Assembly (NCBI GenBank): GCA_963735035.1
Contig: CAVTJJ010000006.1
Location: 639,700-703,699 of the forward strand
Source: an uncultured candidate division Zixibacteria bacterium
GTDB taxonomy: Bacteria > Zixibacteria > MSB-5A5 > GN15 > FEB-12
Reading direction: 5' to 3'
DNA: 64,000 nt
The notes under the pieces were generated by a model that saw only the letters and a list, made by a program, of their open reading frames with translations, was not told where the DNA came from and made no database searches. The position numbers and the translations under genes are program-made. Positions 39,942 to 50,146 of the stretch are shown one piece after another (within the stretch, counting starts at the first letter, position 1; each line of letters opens with the position of its first letter).

Positions 39942-42334
39942 TTACCCCAGGGTTCTTGCGGTTTCGACCACCTCAAGGGCTTCGATGAGATCCCCTACCT
40001 TGATGTCGTTGTAGTTTTCGATACCAATGCCGCACTCGAAGCCTTGATTGACCTCGCGTGCGTCATCCTTGAAGCGCCGCAGTGAGGAGATGTTGCCACT
40101 GTAAACCTGTTTGCCGTCGCGCGTGAGGCGAACTTTATCTTTGCGTGAAACACGACCCTCACGGACATAACAACCGGCGATAACACCCGCCTTGGGGACC
40201 CGGAATACTTCGCGAACTTCAGCCAGACCGACAAATTGCTCGGAAATAGTCGGGGCGAGGAGACCTTCGAGCGCCTTCTTGACGTCTTCCTCGGCCTCGT
40301 AAATTACGTCGTACCGACGGATATCAACTTTTTCCTTGGCCGCCAGTTCACGAGCACGGGAATCCGGGCCAACCTGGAAGCCGATAATGATGGCTTCAGA
40401 GGCCGCCGCGAGAAGCACGTCGGACTCGGTGATCGAACCGACACCGCGCCGAATGATGCTGGTCTTAACTTCGGAAGTAGATATTTTGCTAAGCGTCTCG
40501 GAAAGCACCTCAGCGGAACCGTCAACATCCGCCTTGATAATAAGCCGGACTTCCTGAATCTGACCTTCCTTGATGCGGCTGAAAACTTTTTCGAGGCTGA
40601 TCGCACCCTGAGGCCGACGGGCATCATATTCCCGCTTCACCTGGCCGCGGCGGGCCGTGATTTCGCGGGCTTCCTGGTCATCTTTAACCACGAGGAAGGT
40701 GTCACCCGCCTGAGGGACGCCGCCCAATCCGGTGATTTGCGCCGGAGTAGCGGGACCTATGAAATCAATGCGCTGATCGCGATCATTGTGAATGGTGCGT
40801 ACGTGGCCGGAGAACGTTCCAGCGACAATCGGGTCGCCCACCCGACAGGTACCGCGCTGAATGAGCACCGTCGCCACCGCGCCGCGACCTTTTTCGAGTT
40901 TGGCGTCAACCACCACACCCTGACCACGAATAACCGGGTCGGCCTTCAGGTCGAGCATTTCCGCCTGAAGCAGAATCATTTCGAGGAGCTTATCGATTCC
41001 TTCGCCGGTCTTCGATGAGATTGGAACCGCGATGGTCTTGCCGCCCCATTCTTCAACCAACAGTCCCTGTTTGGACAGTTGCGTGCGGACATCGTCAAGA
41101 TTGGCTCCGGGCTTATCGATCTTTGACATGGCGACTACAATCGGTGCGCTGGCCGCACGGGCGTGGTCGATAGCTTCAACGGTCTGAGGTCGAACGCCCT
41201 CGTCCGCCGCCACGAGCAACACTACAATGTCGGTAATCTGTGTCCCGCGAGAGCGCATCGCCGTGAAGGCTTCGTGACCGGGAGTATCGAGAAAGACAAT
41301 CCGATGTCCGTTGTGCTGGACTTCGTACGCGCCAATATGCTGGGTAATCGCGCCCGCTTCACCGGCGACAACGTTGGTCTTGCGGATATAGTCAAGCAGC
41401 GAGGTTTTGCCGTGATCGACGTGCCCCATGACCGTTACGATCGGCGCCCGGAGGATCAATTGGGCTTCCTGTTCTTCCTCGCGCGCTTCCTCACCGATTT
41501 CCGCCTGGAGCTTGATGCTGAATCCGAATTCGCCGGCGACCATCTCGATCGTATCCATGTCAAGGCGCTGATTGATAGTGGCAAGCATGCCCATTTCCAT
41601 CAGCTTGGCCACGACTTCGGCCGGTTTGTGATCCATCAGCTTGGCGACTTCGGCCACGGACATATACTCGTTGACTTCGATGACATTGAGATCTTCGGCT
41701 TCGACCTCTCCCTCACCGGCGGCCTTGCGATACTTGCGTTTCGGCTTGCCGGTGCTGAGATCCGCCATAGTGGCGCGGAAGCTCTTGGCAACTTCCACCT
41801 GGTCGACCACCCGGCGCTCTTTCTTCTTCTTCCGGTCTTTCCGCTTTTTCTTCTGCTCCGCCTTCTTGAGCATGGCCGCGAGATTGTCATCTTCCGGCGT
41901 CTCAATCTTGGGAATGACCAGAACCGGCGCAGCGCCTACTTCCACCGGCGCAGCCTTCGGTTTTTCCTTTACGATCTCTTTGGGCGGTGCGGCTTTGATC
42001 AGCTTGCCTCGGGTCAGACCGTCAATTCGGGCGAGCGGGCTCAATTGGGACGAGGCCCGTGAGCAGCCTCGGCATCGGCTTTGGCTTTGACCTCGATTTC
42101 GGTCTTTTGGCGCTCGGCTTCCATGGTTGCCTTGCGCTTTTGGTCCATTTCCAGCTTGGCCTGACGGCGTTCCTGGGCGAATTTCAGACTGACAGCATTG
42201 ACGACATCGGGCGTCGCCACCGACATATGGGACTTGATCGGAAATCCCATATCCTGAATAATCTTCAGCATGGCATGAGCTGAGACCTTGTATTCCTTGG
42301 CCAAGTCATGAATCTTTTTCGTTACAACTGCCAT
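39942..42334 (-). CDS. infB: Translation initiation factor IF-2, split by a frameshift near 42060
   Basis: 42041-42334 encodes the IF2 N-domain (KIHDLAKE...IKSHMS); 39942-42044 encodes GHVDHGKT, DTPGHEAF and C-terminal domains. Confidence 0.92.
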
Positions 42335-42391
42335 GCTTCTTCCTCTTGCGACGTCCTGTTATTCGGGGCGGTCCATCGGCTTCCATGCGCC

Positions 42392-43861
42392 CTATTCGTC
42401 AACTTCCTCGTCGTCCGCCGAAATGCTTCGCTTTGTTTCCTCTTCGTCGTCCTCGATTTCGTCAAGGTCGGGCGCACCGGCTTCCCTCACATCGTCGATC
42501 TCGGAAACATAGTCGGGGGAATCCTCGAAGAGGTCAGCCTCGCTGAGTTTCGGCTCGGCCGATTCGACCGCAGCCGCTTTCTCTTCCGCGTGGCGCTTCT
42601 TGTACTCGGCTTCGAGTTGAACCACCATCTCCTGGGCGCGCTGGATCAACTTCTCAGCCGTCTTTTCGCCGATACCTTCGATCTTGCTCAACGACGCTAC
42701 GGTCGCGCTGGCCAAACGTTGCACCGAACTGATGTCGGCTTCGATCAAACGATCACGGATCTTCGCGCCGATACCTTCCACCTGGCCAACCGGCACGAGC
42801 ATTTCGGCTTCGCGCTTCTTGTTCTCGTTGTGCTGGCTCTCGGAGAGAATGTTGACTTTCCAGCCGGTCAGTTTCGACGCCAGTCGGGCGTTCTGGCCGT
42901 TGCGGCCGATCGCCAACGACAACTTCTCGTCTTCGACCACCACGGTCATCTTCTTTTCGAGATCGAAGACCTCGATATGGACAACCTTGGCCGGGGCCAG
43001 AGCCCGGGTGACGAAGACTTCCGGCGATGACGTAAACGGGACGATATCGATGCGCTCGTTATTCAGCTCGCGAACAATCGCCTGAACCCGGACGCCTTTG
43101 ATGCCCACGCAGGCGCCGACCGGATCGATTCGATCATCGGATGAATAGACGGCTATCTTGGCGCGTTCACCGGGTTCGCGGGCAATCGCTTTGATTTCGA
43201 TTACCCTCTCGAAAATTTCCGGCACTTCCATAGCGAACAGCGCCTTCAGGAATTCATTGTTCACGCGGGACAGAATGATCTGCGGGCCGCGGGGAGTCAG
43301 TTGTACGTCCTGGATGTAAGCGCGAATGCGGTCGCCCTGGCGGAATTTCTCGCGGGGAATCTGCTCTTTGAGCGGCAGCAGACCTTCGCCCCGACCCAGA
43401 TTGACGATTACGTTGCCCTTGTCGATCTGCTGCACGACGCCGCTGATCAGGGTGCTGACCTTGTCGATGTACTCGGCGTAGATGCGCTCGTGCTCGACGT
43501 CGCGTATCTTCTGAATCAGAATCTGTTTCGCCGAGGCAATCGCGTTGCGGCCGAATTCCGCCTCGTAGTCCAGGTAGATTTCCAGTTCGTCACCCAGTTC
43601 GGCGGCATCGTCGATCTTCTTGGCCTCATCGAGACTGACTTCGAGGTCGCGCTCGTTGACCCGGTCGACCACCTTCTTGGTGACAATCATGAACAGCTCG
43701 TTCGATTTCCGGTCGAAACGGAACGAAATGTTGTCGGTCTGGGTGTACTTCTTCCTGGCCGCCGCGAGTAGACTGGCCTCCAGTGTCTGAACGACCGAGT
43801 CGAGATCGATATTCTTCTCCCGGGCGATCAGCGTCATGGCTTCAAGCATGTCAAACGGCAT
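42392..43861 (-). CDS. nusA: Transcription factor NusA
   Basis: FGR.A..AKQ, EVPEI, DPVGACVG.KG.RV, AIGRNGQNARLA. Confidence 0.97.
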   Translation of the reverse strand: MPFDMLEAMTLIAREKNIDLDSVVQTLEASLLAAARKKYTQTDNISFRFDRKSNELFMIVTKKVVDRVNERDLEVSLDEAKKIDDAAELGDELEIYLDYEAEFGRNAIASAKQILIQKIRDVEHERIYAEYIDKVSTLISGVVQQIDKGNVIVNLGRGEGLLPLKEQIPREKFRQGDRIRAYIQDVQLTPRGPQIILSRVNNEFLKALFAMEVPEIFERVIEIKAIAREPGERAKIAVYSSDDRIDPVGACVGIKGVRVQAIVRELNNERIDIVPFTSSPEVFVTRALAPAKVVHIEVFDLEKKMTVVVEDEKLSLAIGRNGQNARLASKLTGWKVNILSESQHNENKKREAEMLVPVGQVEGIGAKIRDRLIEADISSVQRLASATVASLSKIEGIGEKTAEKLIQRAQEMVVQLEAEYKKRHAEEKAAAVESAEPKLSEADLFEDSPDYVSEIDDVREAGAPDLDEIEDDEEETKRSISADDEEVDE

Positions 43862-43875
43862 TTTACGAATCTCCG

Positions 43876-44316
43876 TCAGAAAACAATCTTGGCCTGTTTT
43901 ATCTCGGCCAGACTGATTCCGAAAACCTCATCATTTACTCTAAACTCCACTCGGTCGTCACCGACCGAGACAATTTCAGCGGTCAGCCGCTTGCGGGTCT
44001 GATCTACGAAATCGATCCGCACGGTCTCTCCGACTCGGTACTTGTAATCGCGCAGGGTTAGCAACGGCCGGTCGAGGCCCGGCGATGACACTTCGAGAGT
44101 GTAACCGTGCTCGAACAGCTCGGTTCCATCGATCAATTCGCCGACCAATTTCGACAGGCGAGCGCATTCACCAATCGAGACGCCGTTCTGACCATAAACA
44201 AACAGCCGGATGGTTGTAGCGGTCTTATATCGTGAGACCACGACATCAGCCAACTCATATCCTTCGGCTTGTAACGGTTGTTCGACTAGCTCGCTAACTG
44301 TCTGCTTCACTTCCAC
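43876..44316 (-). CDS. rimP: Ribosome maturation factor RimP
   Basis: YTLEVSSPGLDRPL. Confidence 0.95.
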   Translation of the reverse strand: MEVKQTVSELVEQPLQAEGYELADVVVSRYKTATTIRLFVYGQNGVSIGECARLSKLVGELIDGTELFEHGYTLEVSSPGLDRPLLTLRDYKYRVGETVRIDFVDQTRKRLTAEIVSVGDDRVEFRVNDEVFGISLAEIKQAKIVF

Positions 44317-44334
44317 TTTACTATGCCTGCAACA

Positions 44335-44362
44335 CCAAAAGAGTGGGACTCAGCCCACTCTT
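44335..44362 (-). terminator. rimP-leader-like terminator/attenuator hairpin
   Basis: Minus strand AAGAGTGGG-ctgagt-CCCACTCTT-TTGG just upstream of rimP, downstream of a TATTAT -10-like hexamer. Confidence 0.75.
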
Positions 44363-44414
44363 AGAACTCGCTATAATAAGGAAATACCCTAAGGGACGCA
44401 ACAACTTTAATGGC

Positions 44415-46136
44415 CTAGTTGAGCCCTTTGGCCATATTTCGAACCGCCTCAACAACCCCCTCAAGCGGGATCAATTCCATCTCGGCCCGGCAGCGGGCTT
44501 TCAGCTCTACCTTGCCGTCTTTCAACGACTTATCGCCAATAGTCAGCCGAATCGGCAGACCGATCAGGTCGGCGTCATTGAATTTGACCCCCGGGCGTTC
44601 GTCCCGGTCGTCCATGAGAGTCTCAATACCGGCTTCCCAAAGATCGGCGTAGATTTTATCCGCGGCCGCCTTTTGTGTCTCAGAACTCACAGAAACCAGC
44701 ACGATCTCAACAAGGTAGGGAGCCAGGCTCTTGGGCCAGATAATACCCTTGTCGTCGTGATACTTCTCCAGCGCCGCCTGCGGTGTGCGGGTGATCCCGA
44801 TACCGTACGAGCCCATAATGCACGGCGTCTCGTTTCCTTCGGCGTCGAGGAATTTTGCCCCCAGCGTATCCGAATACTTGGTGCCAAGCTGGAACGTATT
44901 GCCGACTTCGATACCGTCCTTGACTACCATCACGCCACCACAGAGCGGACAGAGATCGCCCGCCTTGGCGTTTGACAGATCGACCACTTTGGTGGCCTCG
45001 AAATCACGACCAAGGTTCACATTCAGAGTGTGCTTTTCTTTCTGGTTGGCGCCCACAATGAAATTCTTAAGCGCTGCGACCAATGGATCGACCAGAATCG
45101 GCACGTCTTTCTTCAGTCCGACCGGCCCCGCGAACCCGACCGGGGCTCCGGTGACCTGTTCGACTATGGCGGCATCGGCCATCTGGAGGTCGATTGCGCC
45201 GAGAGCGTTCTTCAGCTTGATCTCATTCAAGTCCCGATCACCGCGCACCAGCGCTGCGGCCGGCTTGCCGTCGGCCATATACAAAAGCGTCTTGACCAGA
45301 CGAGTGGCATCTACTTTCAAGAAAGCGGTCACTTCTTCGATTGTAGCCGCACCCGGTGTATCAACTGTCTGCATCGGTTTCATGTCAGCGTCAATATTCA
45401 ATGCCGCGCCATCCTTGAACGTCGCTTTCTCGACATTAGCGGCGTAGTCACACTTCTGGCAGGACGCTATCTTCTCTTCACCGGCATCAGTGTCTACCAG
45501 CAGCATGAATTCGTGGGCGGCCTTGCCCCCCATGGCGCCGGTGTCCGATTCGACTTTGAGCACGTCCAGACCGGCCCGCCTGAAAGTGGCGTAATAGGCA
45601 TCAACCATGCCCTGATAGGTCTTGGCGAATGATGCTTCATCGGCGTCGAATGTGTAGGCATCCTTCATGATAAATTCACGCCCGCGCATCAGGCCGAATC
45701 GGGGGCGGATCTCATCGCGAAACTTCACCTGAATCTGATACAGGTTGACCGGCAACTGGCGATAGCTGCGGATTTCGCCCGCGACCAGATTCGTGACCGT
45801 CTCTTCATGTGTACCGCACAGAACCATGTCGTGCTGATGGCGGTCTTTGAGCCGCATCTGCTCCGGCCCGACTGTCAGGTAGCGCCCGGATTTCTGCCAG
45901 AGTTCGGCGGGACAGAGAACTGACATGGTGATTTCGAGCGCTCCGGCCTTGTTCATTTCCTCGCGGACGATATTCGAGAACTTGTCGATCACACGCTGCA
46001 TGAGCGGCAGGTAGATGTATACCCCGGCGGCGAGTTTGCGGATATAGCCGCCACGAAGTAAGAGTTGATGGGAGATCAGTTCGGCTTCGGACTGATTCTG
46101 TCTAAGGGTGGGGATGTAACACTGGCTCCAGCGCAT
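44415..46136 (-). CDS. proS: Prolyl-tRNA synthetase (bacterial type with editing insertion)
   Basis: FRDEIRPRFGLMRGREFIMKDAY, GIEVG..F.LGTKYS, MGSYGIG. Confidence 0.97.
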   Translation of the reverse strand: MRWSQCYIPTLRQNQSEAELISHQLLLRGGYIRKLAAGVYIYLPLMQRVIDKFSNIVREEMNKAGALEITMSVLCPAELWQKSGRYLTVGPEQMRLKDRHQHDMVLCGTHEETVTNLVAGEIRSYRQLPVNLYQIQVKFRDEIRPRFGLMRGREFIMKDAYTFDADEASFAKTYQGMVDAYYATFRRAGLDVLKVESDTGAMGGKAAHEFMLLVDTDAGEEKIASCQKCDYAANVEKATFKDGAALNIDADMKPMQTVDTPGAATIEEVTAFLKVDATRLVKTLLYMADGKPAAALVRGDRDLNEIKLKNALGAIDLQMADAAIVEQVTGAPVGFAGPVGLKKDVPILVDPLVAALKNFIVGANQKEKHTLNVNLGRDFEATKVVDLSNAKAGDLCPLCGGVMVVKDGIEVGNTFQLGTKYSDTLGAKFLDAEGNETPCIMGSYGIGITRTPQAALEKYHDDKGIIWPKSLAPYLVEIVLVSVSSETQKAAADKIYADLWEAGIETLMDDRDERPGVKFNDADLIGLPIRLTIGDKSLKDGKVELKARCRAEMELIPLEGVVEAVRNMAKGLN

Positions 46137-46274
46137 GAATTAAGTCCTTACAAGTCGGTCGGTTATCGGCGGGGTCTGATTTGTGATCGGCAGTCCCGCA
46201 AAAGGTTTCAAGATATGGATTTGATTGCGGGGCGCAATTCTAAACTGGGATAATCCTCGACTGGCTGAGACTTC

Positions 46275-46320
46275 GTTGCGTCAGGTCTTGCCCCCGACTT
46301 GATCAGGGTCTTGACCTCGC
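46275..46320 (+). repeat. REP-like family B, degenerate copy
   Basis: GTTGCGTCAGGTCTTG...TTGACCTCGC. Confidence 0.55.
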
Positions 46321-46334
46321 GGGAGGTTGTACTC

Positions 46335-46380
46335 GGTTGCGTCAGGTCCTGCACGCCGAAGGCGGGTGTGACCTGACGCT
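46335..46380 (+). repeat. REP-like palindrome family B, copy 3
   Basis: GGTTGCGTCAGGTCCTGCACGCCGAAGGCGGGTGTGACCTGACGCT; ends identical to 5944-5993. Confidence 0.85.
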
Positions 46381-46500
46381 TTGATTCGATATTCTGACCT
46401 GCCAGACAAGTTTGACAGGCGGCGCAAAAACTATTGCCAGGGTTTGGGGATTGTGGTATGTATGGTCCGCCTGTGCCGATTTAGACTGGCAACTACTTCT

Positions 46501-46572
46501 GCCCCCGTAGTGTAACGGATAACGCATCGGCCTCCGAAGCCGGTAATTCAGGTTCGATTCCTGACGGGGGTA
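46501..46572 (+). tRNA. tRNA-Arg(CCG), CCA not encoded
   Basis: GCCCCCG/CGGGGGT acceptor stem, anticodon arm TCGGC-CTCCGAA-GCCGG, GGTTCGATTCC T arm. Confidence 0.95.
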
Positions 46573-46612
46573 CTTTTTTGAGCATCCCGCTCATGTCCGG
46601 CCCTCATCACCA

Positions 46613-46641
46613 TTGACACAATCGTCCATTTGAGTTATAAT
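46613..46641 (+). promoter_or_regulatory. Perfect-consensus sigma70 promoter
   Basis: TTGACA-N17-TATAAT ending 39 nt upstream of ATG 46681. Confidence 0.85.
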
Positions 46642-46680
46642 GGTGTCAGAGTATTTACAACGATTCATCTGGGAGCCTAT

Positions 46681-48996
46681 ATGCTTCGTCGTGTCGCTCT
46701 ATTTGTCATTTTGACGGTGTGTTCTGTCCAGGCGCAACAAGATCCGAACGACCAGGGGAATGCGGATTCGGTCTTTTTGACAGTTTACCCCGAGGACTCA
46801 CTGGTTGTGGCCGATCTATACATCTACAACGATTCGCAGATAGTTCTATACGCCAGCATAGGTTTTTCTTGGGATAACCGAGACCTGACTCTTGTGTCAG
46901 CCACGCTTTCTGAAAAGGCTAATTCCAGCTTCAATTGGGATCGTCAGGTCTTCTACGGGGGCAGTGTTGACTCCAGCAACTACTATCATCTGTTTCAGTT
47001 CATAGGGCAGGGCAAGGTATTCGCTGGTCTGGCGGCCAGTGACACACCAACATTGGTCGCGACCTACAAGTTTCGCCCTACAGATTGGAATAGCGGCAGC
47101 ACGTTTTGTATACACAAAGACAACTGGGTGACGTGCTTCTTTATCAGCCAGGGTGAACAGAAGATTTACGTACCGGCATGGCGTGGCCAAACCTGTCTCT
47201 TGGGCGAGGACCTGCCCGATGCCGATGGTGACGGTCTTTATGAATTCGAAGACAACTGTCCCTTTGTTTTCAATCCTGACCAGGCTGACGTTGATGGCGA
47301 TAACATAGGCGATGCGTGTGATCTCACTCATTGGTACGTTGACAACACCAACACCGCCGGTCCGTGGAATGGTTCACCCGAGTACCCCTTTCTTACCATA
47401 CAGGAAGCCATCTACTTTGGCCAGGATAGCGACACCGTTGAAGTGGCTGCCGGCATTTACAGCGGCGACGGCAACCGGGATATTGACTTTGGTGGCCGTA
47501 ATATATACCTCACATCAGCGGAAGGCCCAGAGGTTACGATCATTGACTGCGGCGGCAGCTACGATGATCCTCATCGAGGGATATACCTCCACAGCGGAGA
47601 AGATTCCACTGCAACTATTAACGGATTCAGTATCGTAAACGGGTACAATTACTTTGGTTCAGCGATTAGCTGTAATGAGGCCGGTGCGACTATTAGCAAC
47701 AATATCATCGAGCTAAACGCCTTTCACGAACCCGATGCCGCGATCAACGTCAGAAACGGGGGCCAGACTGCGATCATAGTCGATAACGTGATCAGGAACA
47801 ACCTGTGCGGGGCGGTAACCTACCAACCCTACCCCCCGCAACACCACAACATCCGGATCGAACGAAACTCGATTGTCGGCAACAACTCTGGAATACTGTT
47901 CACGTGGGCTCAATTCGGAATCGTCCAAAACAACACCATCAGCGGCAATTCAGGAAACGGCGTTAAGATAGAGTCGTCCGGCGGGTTCGTCGCCATCGAA
48001 GGCAACGTGATTTCGAATAACACCGGTTCCGGGATAGTCTGTTTCTACAGCTACGCTAACATTCTACGTAACACGATAGAAGGAAATCAAGAAAGCGGAA
48101 TCTACCTTGAGGACGCTTCCCCCGACATAACTGACAATGACATTCGGGGCAACCGCTCGAATTATGGAGGCGGTGTTCTCTGTTTGTATGATTCGGATCC
48201 GGTGATTCGGTCGAACCGCATCATAAACAACTCCGCTCAATGGGGCGGTGGTATTTTTTGCATCAACAACCCGAATCCTTTGATAGTGGGGAACATTATT
48301 AGCGGTAACACCGCACAGTTCGGCGGAGCAATAAGTTGCGAAGGAGCCAGCGCGCACATAGTTTCAAATACGATTATGCAAAACTCAGCCGCAAACGGTG
48401 CTTTTCTCTGCGTAACGTCCGATCCGTGTGATGTTACTGTGGACAGTACGATCGTAGCGTTCAACACTGAAGGAGCGGCCGTTTACTATAGTCCCCATGA
48501 CTACCGCACGCTCACGATAGCCAAGAGTGACATTTTCGGCAACCCTGGTGGCGACTGGGTGGGTGGCATTGCTTCTCAGGCCGGTCAGAACGGCAATATG
48601 TCGGTCGATCCGTTGTTTTGTGACACCGCCAACGGCGACTATCACATTTCAGCATTTTCACCCTGTGCGCCGGGAGTTCAGCCAAATCTATACTTGATCG
48701 GCGCTCTGCCGGCCAATTGCCACATGTATGTCATAGGCGATGTCGACGGCGATGGTACGGTCGGGCTAATGGACATGAAGGCGCTCGCCGATTTCTATTT
48801 TGGATTCAACGACATTTGGCCACTCCCATTGGGGTCCGGTGACATGAACTGCGACGGCGTGATCAGCATCAACGATCTGGCGATTCTCGCCGGTTACATA
48901 AGCGGCACCGGCCCGGCCCCATGCACAGCGCCCCCGCCAAAGAAATTTGACCAGCCCCATCAAGGGAGCGACAACTCCCTGGGCGGCGACTTATAG
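46681..48996 (+). CDS. Secreted multidomain protein: cohesin-like N-terminus, TSP3 repeats, right-handed beta-helix, dockerin type I
   Basis: Signal peptide (VQA); DADGDG..DNCP..FNPDQ.D.DGD..GDACD; repeated N.I..N/GGGI.C units; GDVDGDGTVGLMD...GDMNCDGVISIND; GGGAG RBS. Confidence 0.82.
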   Translation: MLRRVALFVILTVCSVQAQQDPNDQGNADSVFLTVYPEDSLVVADLYIYNDSQIVLYASIGFSWDNRDLTLVSATLSEKANSSFNWDRQVFYGGSVDSSNYYHLFQFIGQGKVFAGLAASDTPTLVATYKFRPTDWNSGSTFCIHKDNWVTCFFISQGEQKIYVPAWRGQTCLLGEDLPDADGDGLYEFEDNCPFVFNPDQADVDGDNIGDACDLTHWYVDNTNTAGPWNGSPEYPFLTIQEAIYFGQDSDTVEVAAGIYSGDGNRDIDFGGRNIYLTSAEGPEVTIIDCGGSYDDPHRGIYLHSGEDSTATINGFSIVNGYNYFGSAISCNEAGATISNNIIELNAFHEPDAAINVRNGGQTAIIVDNVIRNNLCGAVTYQPYPPQHHNIRIERNSIVGNNSGILFTWAQFGIVQNNTISGNSGNGVKIESSGGFVAIEGNVISNNTGSGIVCFYSYANILRNTIEGNQESGIYLEDASPDITDNDIRGNRSNYGGGVLCLYDSDPVIRSNRIINNSAQWGGGIFCINNPNPLIVGNIISGNTAQFGGAISCEGASAHIVSNTIMQNSAANGAFLCVTSDPCDVTVDSTIVAFNTEGAAVYYSPHDYRTLTIAKSDIFGNPGGDWVGGIASQAGQNGNMSVDPLFCDTANGDYHISAFSPCAPGVQPNLYLIGALPANCHMYVIGDVDGDGTVGLMDMKALADFYFGFNDIWPLPLGSGDMNCDGVISINDLAILAGYISGTGPAPCTAPPPKKFDQPHQGSDNSLGGDL

Positions 48997-49217
48997 AGCT
49001 TGTCGGGGGGTAGCCCAATCGTTACCCCCTCGCGGGTGTCCTTGACCCGCCAGTCCTTGTTCGCAAGCGAACCCAGGGTCATCCATTGGCCCGTCTGACT
49101 ATCCCCTCCGAAATTCTGTGCGCCCAACGCTATTTGCCCTGAAACCTGTTGCCCATCTTCTCGTATCTAATTATCGAGACTTGGATTCATCGGCCAATAA
49201 ACAAGGGCAAAACTGCC

Positions 49218-49844
49218 ATGAAAACCATTACTGCCATCGCGGCCGCCGTCCTGGCGGTCATCGGACTGACCGGCAATGCTTTCGCCGGCCACCGCCACAA
49301 TAGTCACTCCTCGACCACCCAGCACAACCACACCTGCTCAGTCGGACTCAACCACAATCACATCATGGACTGGGATGACAACACGTCGCTGGAAATAGAC
49401 GACGGGTCGGTCATTATCAAACACGAAGAGCGCGGGGCAAAGGACTCGAAGGTCGAGATTACCGAAGAGCATGAGCTCTTCATCGACGGCGCTCTTGTCA
49501 AACTGGACCCCGAGCAAAGAGTTCTCGTCGGCCAATTCCACGACGACTGCTTCGCCCTAACGGAACAGGCCAAGGAGATCGGCGTTGAGGGGGCGAAAAT
49601 CGGCCTTCAGGGAGCTAAGCTGGGCGTACATGCGGTCGCCTGTGTCTTCAAGCTCCTAAGTGACGATTATGATTCTGATGATCTCGATGCCGAGATGGAG
49701 CGGGAATCCTCGAAAATCGAGGCCAAAGCGTCGGTTCTTGAAGATCGAGCTAAAGAGATCGAAGACATGGCCGATGAACTTCAGGATCAAGCCGACGAGC
49801 TTCGTGACCGCATCCCCGCGTTGAACGACCTCTACTGGTTCTGA
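49218..49844 (+). CDS. Exported DUF2884/YggN-like protein with His-rich N-terminus
   Basis: Signal peptide (AFA); VEITEEHELFIDG..V.L..EQ and long acidic helices ending in IPALN. Confidence 0.65.
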   Translation: MKTITAIAAAVLAVIGLTGNAFAGHRHNSHSSTTQHNHTCSVGLNHNHIMDWDDNTSLEIDDGSVIIKHEERGAKDSKVEITEEHELFIDGALVKLDPEQRVLVGQFHDDCFALTEQAKEIGVEGAKIGLQGAKLGVHAVACVFKLLSDDYDSDDLDAEMERESSKIEAKASVLEDRAKEIEDMADELQDQADELRDRIPALNDLYWF

Positions 49845-49931
49845 GGCTATTCCATAGGCGGCAGACCTACCGAGGCTGCTCCCTGAGACGGGTCACATGA
49901 GGATCCGCTGCTATAGACCGCCCACTTCAGT

Positions 49932-50000
49932 GTAGTGCCCGGCAGATGTCCACATCTGCCGCCTCGCATAAATGTCGCCGAATCGAGATTGCCGCACTAC
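49932..50000. repeat. REP-like family A copy 2 with an inverted degenerate partner (REPIN-like doublet)
   Basis: GTAGTGCCCGGCAGATGTCCACATCTGCCG at 49932-49961; inverted end GCACTAC at 49994-50000. Confidence 0.75.
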
Positions 50001-50146
50001 GATGACACGTCGTTCGGCGAGCCATCTCCGCTCGCAAAGACGCGCGGCGGGGCCAATTCCCCCCTATTTATGAATCCAACCACTCGCACTTGCTCAACAC
50101 GTTTGATCCGCGTATCTTAAGCCGAAAATACTCTGGATACTCGCCA

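Noticed and set aside
29490..46136. Long translation superoperon as a novelty
   Set aside because: The order rimP-nusA-infB-rbfA-truB-ribF-rpsO-pnp with M16 peptidase and deacetylase is widely conserved
46501..46572. tRNA genes lacking encoded CCA
   Set aside because: Common in many bacteria; CCA is added post-transcriptionally
49001..49012. TGTCGGGGGGTA (and TGACGGGGG at 54614) as att-site duplicates of the tRNA-Arg 3' end
   Set aside because: Matches too short or imperfect, and no integrase in the window
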